Shown here one piece after another: positions 17,186-23,391 of a DNA stretch of 24,000 nt. Below the pieces are notes generated by a model. That model was not told the DNA's origin and did no database searches. It worked only from the letters and a program-made list of their open reading frames with translations. The position numbers were made by a program, and so were the translations under genes. This DNA is from Blastocatellia bacterium. GTDB lineage: Bacteria > Acidobacteriota > Blastocatellia > UBA7656. Each line of letters opens with the position of its first letter. Within the stretch, counting starts at the first letter, position 1. Where the stretch lies: the NCBI GenBank assembly GCA_049273835.1, contig JBASRM010000354.1:26022-50021 (forward strand). The letters are read 5' to 3'.

Positions 17186-17744
17186 GTTGGAGACTCGGGT
17201 CGATCGAGAGAGCCGAGACGTGCGCGCCAGGATGGGGTCCCAGAGCACCCGATTTCCGCCTTCGGTATCCCACTAGGAAGTGATCAGTCTAACCCGGGTC
17301 AAAAGTGTATTGCTCTAAGCAGCACACGCGCCGCCGCCAGGAAACGAAGACAGAAAGTCGCACGAAGAAAGCGCGACCCGCGACCCCCTTTTAACTCGCC
17401 GGCTCGATCCGTATTGGAGGTCTTTCTTCTTTGATATGAGCCCCAGGTGTGTTATTGTCGCAACCTTCACGGGGTTTCACCCACCCGTGACTCAAGCTCG
17501 GACGGGTAACTTGGGTCAAAGTGACAACAATTCTGGCTCGTTTTCCGAACCTGAGTCATTAGGCCGCATCGGATCGGATAGCCCTTTTAGGTGATGAGTC
17601 AAAACTTGATTTAGCTGATCTTGGAGGGGATAAGGGCCGATGCCCTTCGGTTAGTATCTGCTTAGTAATGTTAAGGTTAGAGTTGGAGACGAGTTGAGTT
17701 TTTAGCGGGTATGTCAATTGCTCTGACCTTCATCACGCCTTCGT

Positions 17745-18839
17745 ATGGAATTTCTTAGTCGGCCGACCCATACAAGGCTGCTTTACCTTTTTTCACTCAC
17801 AGTATTTATGAAACTCTCAAGTCGCATCAAAATGTATCTTCGCGCTTACAGGTTTATGGCGAAGGGTCTTTTGTCGACCAACCATCCTGTGCTCGCGCAC
17901 GTCATCCCAATGCGACGATGCAATCTTGCCTGCACATATTGCAATGAATACAACGATTACTCTAAGCCCGTGCCCACCGAGGTAATGTTCGAACGGCTGG
18001 ACAAGCTTGCAGACCTGGGCACTACCGCCATTATCATCAGCGGCGGTGAACCGTTGATGCATCCGGAGATCGAGCGGATAGTCGCAAAGATCAGGCGACG
18101 AGGGATGCTGGCCTGCATGATTACAAATGGATACCTTCTGACCAAGGATAAGATTCAAAGACTCAACGCGGCGGGTCTCGAATACATGCAGATAAGTATC
18201 GACAACGTTCGGCCCGATGATGTGTCAAAAAAGAGTCTCAAGGTTTTGGATAAGAAACTTGTTTGGCTGTCGCAGCTCGCGGAGTTCAGGGTAAACATAA
18301 ACTCGGTGATCGGCGGCGGGATAAAGACTCCAGAGGATGCGCTGACTGTCGGCGTGCGCGCAGTCGGATTGGGATTCTCTAGTTCGTTGGGAATCATTCA
18401 CGACGGTCTTGGAACGCTAAAGCCGCTGAAGGGAATTGAACGTGACATTTATTTCAAGATGAAGGATCTTGGGAAGAAGGGTCACGTTCGATGGAATGCG
18501 TTTCAAAAAAACCTGGTTGACGGCAAACCTAATCGATGGCGTTGCCGGGCCGGAGGGCGATACTTGTACATTTGCGAGGATGGGCTTGTGCACTATTGCT
18601 CGCAGCAGCGCGGCTATCCAGGCGTGCCTTTGAGCGGCTACACCCGGAAGGATGTCCGCAGAGAGTACCTGACCAAGAAGGCATGCGCGCCCTATTGCAC
18701 CATCGCCTGCGTGCATCAGGTTGCAACGTTCGACAACTGGCGCGATCCGCAAAAGCTTGGCGTTAAGGGTTCCGTACAGCGTGAGTCGGTGCAGGCCATA
18801 AAGACGCTGTATCAAATTGAGCAAACCGAAAAAGCGTAG
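17745..18839 (+). CDS. Radical SAM enzyme with a Cys-rich (SPASM/twitch-like) C-terminal region
   Basis: It carries the [11 protein letters not shown] (CxxxCxxC) motif and [14 protein letters not shown]-terminal cysteines are RCRAGG...[13 protein letters not shown]...CAPYCTIAC. There is no N-terminal B12-binding domain. The start is uncertain (17745, 17808 or 17832) and none has a good RBS. Confidence 0.88.
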   Translation: MEFLSRPTHTRLLYLFSLTVFMKLSSRIKMYLRAYRFMAKGLLSTNHPVLAHVIPMRRCNLACTYCNEYNDYSKPVPTEVMFERLDKLADLGTTAIIISGGEPLMHPEIERIVAKIRRRGMLACMITNGYLLTKDKIQRLNAAGLEYMQISIDNVRPDDVSKKSLKVLDKKLVWLSQLAEFRVNINSVIGGGIKTPEDALTVGVRAVGLGFSSSLGIIHDGLGTLKPLKGIERDIYFKMKDLGKKGHVRWNAFQKNLVDGKPNRWRCRAGGRYLYICEDGLVHYCSQQRGYPGVPLSGYTRKDVRREYLTKKACAPYCTIACVHQVATFDNWRDPQKLGVKGSVQRESVQAIKTLYQIEQTEKA

Positions 18840-18982
18840 TTCCGGATTCTTTGGTGTGCGCCCGAATGTTTCGGGCCCGTTCGCAGCAATGATAACTGAG
18901 CGCCGGTCAAGTCCCGGCGCATACGAATAACAAGTGGCGGAGTTGATGTGTGGTTGACGCTTCGCTCACGAGGAGAAAGAAA

Positions 18983-21076
18983 ATGCAAAAACCTGTAAAG
19001 TACGCGGAGAAGGGATTGACCTACGTCGCGCGAGGCGGATGGTCGGTGTTTGAGCGGCTCAATCGCATCAAGCCCAACCCTTCTTTCACGCCCAAGTGGT
19101 CTGATAAACCGCTGCTGAAGTCTTATCAGAAGACCAAGCCGCCGTTGGGCTGGCCGCGCACGACCGATTCATTGTGCCCTAAATGTATCCCTGAAATTCG
19201 ACAACAGATTGTAGACGGCAAGCTGCCGCATGAAATCTTGCTTAACGAGAGAGTCGGAGAGATCAAGGCCCAGATAGTCGAGCGCGACGGCAAAATCCTG
19301 ATGATCAAGGACTGCGAGAAGCACGGCCATTTCGAAGACGTGATGTCAATCGACCCCGCGTTCTTTAAGCATCTCGAGGAGGTCTTCCCGGGCCGGGACA
19401 TACGCGCTCACAACGACGAGAAGCTTCATAAGCACGGCTCGAGTACGATCAAGCACGGACGCGGCTCGGTGCTTACCGTGGACCTTACCAACCGATGCAA
19501 CATGATGTGCGATCCGTGTTTCATGGACGCCAATCAGGTCGGGTTCGTGCACGAGCTCACCTGGGAAGACATCAAGACACTTCTTGATAACGCAATCTCG
19601 CTCAAGCCGCGTCGTCAGATGTCAGTACAGTTTTCGGGCGGCGAACCTACGATGTCGCCTTACTTCCTGGACGCCGTGCGGTATGCTCGCAAAGTCGGCT
19701 ACAACAGCGTTCAAGCCGCCACCAACGGGATTGAGTTCGCCAAGAGCCCTGAGTTCTGCAAACAAGCAGCGGAAGCCGGCCTTCGATACGCCTATCTGCA
19801 GTTCGACGGAATCGGCAATGCCGCCAATGAGCACCGCAAGGTCGGCAACCTGTTCGACGTAAAGCTGCGCGCCATTGAGAACCTCTATGCAGCGGGGGTG
19901 GATCTGGTGCCGGTGACTACAATCGTAAACGGCATAAACAATGAACAGGTTGGCCGGATCATTCAGTTTGCTCTGGACAATCCCAAGAAAATCAACTTCC
20001 TTTCTTTTCAGCCGGTCTCATTCACCGGGCGCGACGAAGAGATAACCGACGAGCGACGTTTTGCGCAGCGGTACACCCTGTCGCATATGGCTCACGACGT
20101 GAAGAATCAGACGGGGCTTGGCGAGCCATTGCGGGATTGGTTCCCTATCTCTTTCATGAGTACGTTCACCGACTGGGCCGACCTTGTTCACGGACCGCAA
20201 AACGATTGGGGACAGCTCACTTGCGGGTGCCATCCGAACTGCGGAATAGGCATGGCCGTGATGATCGACAAGGAAACAAAGGAGTCGGCCCCGGTCACGG
20301 CATTTCTCGACGCGGAGCAACTGGCGAAGGACGTGATGAAAGTCAACGATGCCGCGCGGGGCAAGTTTCTATCAGTGGTCGGGATGGCGCTTGCCGTGAT
20401 GCGCAACTATGATCCGTTCAAGGCGCCAACGCATTTCAGACTGACAGACCTGTTGAAGAAATTCGACAAGACCTTTGGAGCAACCGGAACGGACTACGGC
20501 AAGGTGTCGGGTGAGCGAACCGCGCAAGATATCGAGAAGCGACGCGCCGACCGCTGGAATTTCCTGTTCATAGCCGGAATGTGGTTCCAGGACCTTTTCA
20601 ACTATGACTTCCGTCGCACCGAGCAGTGCATTATCCCCTACGCGACCCAGGAGGGCGAGATATCATTCTGCGCTTACAACACCGGCGTGGGCTGGCGTCA
20701 GATCATTGAGAAGATGCATATGACCGCGACCCTTACCAAGTGGTATGAAGAGAATGGCCGGCACGAAATCTTCGCCGGCGGCAAGTCAGTCGCTTTAGAC
20801 AGCAATCAACACTCGCTGGTGCTGGACGAGTCGCTCGTCACCAAAGACATTCAGCACGATCTGGATGAGTTGGGCATCGCAAAGAATTCTCGAGAAGAGA
20901 AACTGCGAAAGCAGCGAGATCGCATCCGCGAACAACAAGAGAATGAGCGAATGGCGAAGCTCTACAGACAGCATGTGCTAAAAGAGCCGGCGGCGCCGGA
21001 GGCTCAGATCGTTCAACTCCAGTTGAAGAAGTCAAAGCCGCAACCCGAAGTTACTCCTGCAGGCTTTGGTGATTAG
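18983..21076 (+). CDS. Large radical SAM enzyme, Tes/GDGT-MAS (tetraether lipid synthase)-like
   Basis: The track start is GTG at 18950, but I prefer ATG at 18983 (AGGAGA + 6 nt). An N-terminal Zn-ribbon/rubredoxin-like segment reads CPKC...CEKHGH. The cluster motif is CNMMCDPC and FSGGEPT is present. The long C-terminal extension carries CGCHPNCG and FQDLFNYDFRRTEQCIIPY...ISFCAYN, which I recall from the Tes/GDGT-MAS family. The tail is charged and low-complexity. The rSAM call is secure. The Tes assignment is about 0.6. Confidence 0.85.
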   Translation: MQKPVKYAEKGLTYVARGGWSVFERLNRIKPNPSFTPKWSDKPLLKSYQKTKPPLGWPRTTDSLCPKCIPEIRQQIVDGKLPHEILLNERVGEIKAQIVERDGKILMIKDCEKHGHFEDVMSIDPAFFKHLEEVFPGRDIRAHNDEKLHKHGSSTIKHGRGSVLTVDLTNRCNMMCDPCFMDANQVGFVHELTWEDIKTLLDNAISLKPRRQMSVQFSGGEPTMSPYFLDAVRYARKVGYNSVQAATNGIEFAKSPEFCKQAAEAGLRYAYLQFDGIGNAANEHRKVGNLFDVKLRAIENLYAAGVDLVPVTTIVNGINNEQVGRIIQFALDNPKKINFLSFQPVSFTGRDEEITDERRFAQRYTLSHMAHDVKNQTGLGEPLRDWFPISFMSTFTDWADLVHGPQNDWGQLTCGCHPNCGIGMAVMIDKETKESAPVTAFLDAEQLAKDVMKVNDAARGKFLSVVGMALAVMRNYDPFKAPTHFRLTDLLKKFDKTFGATGTDYGKVSGERTAQDIEKRRADRWNFLFIAGMWFQDLFNYDFRRTEQCIIPYATQEGEISFCAYNTGVGWRQIIEKMHMTATLTKWYEENGRHEIFAGGKSVALDSNQHSLVLDESLVTKDIQHDLDELGIAKNSREEKLRKQRDRIREQQENERMAKLYRQHVLKEPAAPEAQIVQLQLKKSKPQPEVTPAGFGD

Positions 21077-21104
21077 TCTCGCTCTCTAGATCTTGAGGAT
21101 AAAG

Positions 21105-21139
21105 AGGCCGCCGAGTTGATTCGGCGGCCTTTTGATTTG
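21105..21139 (+). terminator. Rho-independent terminator of the radical-SAM operon
   Basis: A 10-bp GC-rich stem AGGCCGCCGA / TCGGCGGCCT with loop GTTGAT is followed by TTTGATTT. It begins 29 nt after the stop codon. Confidence 0.75.
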
Positions 21140-21158
21140 GGTGTGGGAACTACTAGCG

Positions 21159-21222
21159 GCGTTCTGAGTTCAAGCTTTAGCTTGCGCTTGCTACCTGCGT
21201 TCTGAGTTCAAGCTTTAGCTTG
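21159..21222. repeat. Two identical 26-bp direct repeats (GCGTTCTGAGTTCAAGCTTTAGCTTG), 38-bp period, each containing the palindrome CAAGCT-TT-AGCTTG
   Basis: The copies lie at 21159-21184 and 21197-21222 and are identical by direct reading. They sit between convergent terminators. Confidence 0.85.
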
Positions 21223-21268
21223 TCTTGTCGTCGCGGAAGGCGGCCCTCTCAAGCACTTCGCTTTCAAA

Positions 21269-21294
21269 GCCGGGCGTGCACCCTCACGCCCGGC
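21269..21294 (-). terminator. Stem-loop, probable terminator of the MFS transcription unit
   Basis: A 10-bp stem GCCGGGCGTG / CACGCCCGGC with a 6-nt loop is followed on the minus strand by TTTGAAAG, a weak U-tract. It begins 6 nt after the stop of the 53-codon ORF. Confidence 0.5.
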
Positions 21295-21299
21295 TGACC

Positions 21300-21461
21300 C
21301 TATGCCAGCTCACGACTTTGGCCACTTGCGTGATCCTGATCCAGCAAGAGGTCTGCGTCGGGCCACATCCGCGCCGAGGAGTCTGATACGCGGAGGCGTA
21401 GCGACACCGCGACTATCACGCCGCTTAATGCCGCTATGAGAATCAAACCCAGCAGATTCAT
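21300..21461 (-). CDS. Candidate 53-aa single-TM mini-protein downstream of the MFS gene
   Basis: This is the last 53 codons of track ORF 21300-21680. The rest overlaps the MFS gene out of frame. GGAG lies 6 nt before ATG 21461. The sequence is MNLLGLILIAALSGVIVAVSLRLRVSDSSARMWPDADLLLDQDHASGQSRELA. A terminator-like hairpin follows directly. Confidence 0.4.
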   Translation of the reverse strand: MNLLGLILIAALSGVIVAVSLRLRVSDSSARMWPDADLLLDQDHASGQSRELA

Positions 21462-21496
21462 CGCCATCTCCGCGTTCCAGCATTTTGTCATCGCCG

Positions 21497-22864
21497 CTAG
21501 TCTCCGTAGCTCTCTTGGACAGCGCGCGTCGGCACCCTGAACCGAGCGAACCACAAAGCCAGCAGCCAGATTAAGCCCGGACTCGCCGATAACAGTCCGG
21601 ACGCTACCATCAACGAGCGCGGCCCGAACCGTGCCAGCAGCCAGCCCGTTGCGATCGTCGAAATCGCCATCGTCGCCCACTCCAACGACCGATCCGTAGT
21701 AAACACTCTGCCGCGATAGTCATCGGGCAGCATTCTCATCATCAACGTTTCCTGAAAGCCGAATTCGGCTCCAAGGACTAACCGGCTGAGCCCTACCCAC
21801 ACGGCCATGGCCGCGAGCGTAGGCATCAGACCGGCCACTGAAAACAGCAGCCCGTGAATCAGCAGCGACCAGCCTATGAAATGACCCGCCCGTCGCTCGT
21901 CGCTGATCCACATTCCGACACGCCGCGTGAGCATCATTCCTATGAACACACCGGCGCCGCCGGCGGTGAACAGCGCCGCAACGAACCAGTCTCCGCGATC
22001 GCTCGATCCACTCGCGAAAACGTGTCCGCCGATTCGGTCGAACAGGATAGTTGTCATTCCACCACCGATGCCCCAGCCGATGTTCACCATTATCACCGCG
22101 CGCACGAACGGAGTAGCCCAGATGTAGCGCAGCCCTTCGCGAACGTCGGAAATGAACCCGGCCTTTGCCCCTTCAAGCGGCTGCTCACTGCCACCAATCG
22201 GCGTAAATGCCGCCGATTCGACTGACATCGGATCGGCAAGGTCTCCAGCGTCCGACCTTACGTCTCGCGCTTGCCGCGTTGCGCTCGATGGTATCGGCAA
22301 GATGAACAAAGCCGAGCCGACGAACGACAATGCGTTCACAACGAACGCCGTGTTGTAGCCAAACTGCGCTGCCGTCAATCCTCCCAACGCCGATCCCAGC
22401 GTGTACTGAAGAAACCGCGTCGAGAACATCAACACGTTTGCCGTCAATAGCTCGCGCGGCGCGACCAGGTTTGGTATCGACGCGTTCTTGGCCGCCTCAA
22501 AGAACATCGTTAGAGAGGCCATGAGCGCGCTGCATGCGACCACCAGCCAGGCCGATCCGATGAGCCCGGCGGTGATGTACCCCACGGCAACCACCGCCCG
22601 CATGAAATCGGCGGCGATCATTATTTGCTTTCGCGACCGGCGATCGGCGAAGACGCCGGCGATCGGCGCCACCAGCATGAACGGCACCAATCGAGCCACA
22701 AGCAATGCCGTCGTCATAAGCGGCGAACCCGAAAGCATTCGCACAAGACCGAGTTCGGCGATGAACGAAAACCAGGTGCCCAGTTCGCTAATGACTTGGC
22801 CTGCCCACAGTCTTCGAAAGTTCTTGTTGCCGTTGAGCAGCTCACTGTAACTTACCGACTTCAT
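21497..22864 (-). CDS. MFS transporter (EntS/MFS_3-like efflux family)
   Basis: It has 12 or more hydrophobic segments. The N-terminal NFRRLWAGQVISELGTWFSFIA motif is typical of this MFS subfamily. The track start is TTG at 22876, and ATG at 22864 has GGAG 6 nt upstream. Confidence 0.9.
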   Translation of the reverse strand: MKSVSYSELLNGNKNFRRLWAGQVISELGTWFSFIAELGLVRMLSGSPLMTTALLVARLVPFMLVAPIAGVFADRRSRKQIMIAADFMRAVVAVGYITAGLIGSAWLVVACSALMASLTMFFEAAKNASIPNLVAPRELLTANVLMFSTRFLQYTLGSALGGLTAAQFGYNTAFVVNALSFVGSALFILPIPSSATRQARDVRSDAGDLADPMSVESAAFTPIGGSEQPLEGAKAGFISDVREGLRYIWATPFVRAVIMVNIGWGIGGGMTTILFDRIGGHVFASGSSDRGDWFVAALFTAGGAGVFIGMMLTRRVGMWISDERRAGHFIGWSLLIHGLLFSVAGLMPTLAAMAVWVGLSRLVLGAEFGFQETLMMRMLPDDYRGRVFTTDRSLEWATMAISTIATGWLLARFGPRSLMVASGLLSASPGLIWLLALWFARFRVPTRAVQESYGD

Positions 22865-22971
22865 GGTCATCTCCAAGCTTCAGCAGCGAAGCCGTGGTCG
22901 GCGGTCGCGGGCACTGGTTGCGGCCGTCGTTTTTGCCTATTCGAGTGTAACGAACCTGGTTGAACCGCCCC

Positions 22972-23013
22972 AAAAAATCAAAAGCCGCCAGCATCAAGTT
23001 GACGCTGGCGGCT
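22972..23013 (-). terminator. Rho-independent terminator following the 46-codon ORF
   Basis: On the minus strand, AGCCGCCAGC, an 11-nt loop and GCTGGCGGCT are followed by TTTGATTTTTTG. It begins 25 nt after the stop at 23038. Confidence 0.75.
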
Positions 23014-23037
23014 GTCGGGCTTGATGCTGATAAATCG

Positions 23038-23178
23038 CTAAGGTCCGGTGCGAGCAGTCTGCTCCATGACGAAGAACGGCGTGATGTCATCCTGGCAAAC
23101 CGGCGCGAGGTGGACGGGCCAATTCCTGGCGGTGCTGCCAGTGACATCAATCTTTAGTTTGTTTTGCGCGCTCTTCAT
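23038..23178 (-). CDS. Unlisted 46-aa ORF of unknown function
   Basis: GGAGAG lies 6 nt before ATG 23178. The sequence is MKSAQNKLKIDVTGSTARNWPVHLAPVCQDDITPFFVMEQTARTGP. It has its own promoter and terminator. Confidence 0.45.
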   Translation of the reverse strand: MKSAQNKLKIDVTGSTARNWPVHLAPVCQDDITPFFVMEQTARTGP

Positions 23179-23269
23179 AGAATTCTCTCCGCCTGACGTA
23201 GTTTTCTACGTGTGCGAAACGGTATTGGTTTCAATTCACTGACCTGCGAGGTCAACGAGCGGATGACAC

Positions 23270-23298
23270 AAGATAAACGAGTCGCGTTTTTGTGTCAA
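23270..23298 (-). promoter_or_regulatory. Sigma-70-type promoter, TTGACA - 17 nt - TATCTT
   Basis: On the minus strand the -35 TTGACA lies at 23298-23293 and the -10 TATCTT at 23275-23270, with an exact 17-nt spacer. This predicts a leader of roughly 85 nt before the 46-codon ORF. Confidence 0.55.
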
Positions 23299-23323
23299 CA
23301 AGTTTCTTCGACAAGTTTCCTCG
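23298..23323. repeat. Tandem 13-bp direct repeat (ACAAGTTTCTTCG / ACAAGTTTCCTCG) abutting the -35 box
   Basis: Direct reading shows 12 of 13 positions identical. On the minus strand it reads GAAACTTGT twice, at 13-bp spacing, immediately upstream of and overlapping TTGACA. Confidence 0.7.
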
Positions 23324-23391
23324 TAAATCTTGCGGGCGTCAGCCCCCAGTGACTTGGCATTCACTGAAATATCAAACGCGGCGCGCCGGAC

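Noticed and set aside
17153-17434. 93-aa plus-strand ORF in the long intergenic region
   Set aside because: It has no RBS and a highly basic, low-complexity product. Its 5' end coincides with the 39-bp element, which is conserved at the DNA level but falls in a different frame in the other copy.
17436-17594. 52-codon plus-strand ORF (MSPRCVIVATFTGFHPPVTQ...) considered as a possible RiPP precursor for the downstream radical-SAM/SPASM-like enzyme
   Set aside because: The only GGAGG lies about 15 nt from the ATG, which is too far. The ORF sits 150 nt or more upstream of the rSAM gene. No protease, leader-recognition (RRE) or dedicated exporter gene accompanies the pair. The large rSAM looks lipid-acting (Tes-like) rather than peptide-modifying.
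21159-21222. CRISPR array
   Set aside because: There are only two repeat copies with a 12-bp spacer, and no cas genes lie in the window.
21462-21680. Upstream 73 codons of track ORF 21300-21680
   Set aside because: This part overlaps the 3' end of the MFS gene out of frame, and the product is Gly/Asp/Arg-rich. Only the segment after the MFS stop is retained as a candidate.
22842-23157. Track ORFs 22842-23150 (minus, 102 aa) and 22960-23157 (plus, 65 aa)
   Set aside because: Both run through the strong terminator hairpin and lack an RBS. The 46-codon frame, with GGAGAG at optimal spacing and a stop just before the terminator, explains the region better.
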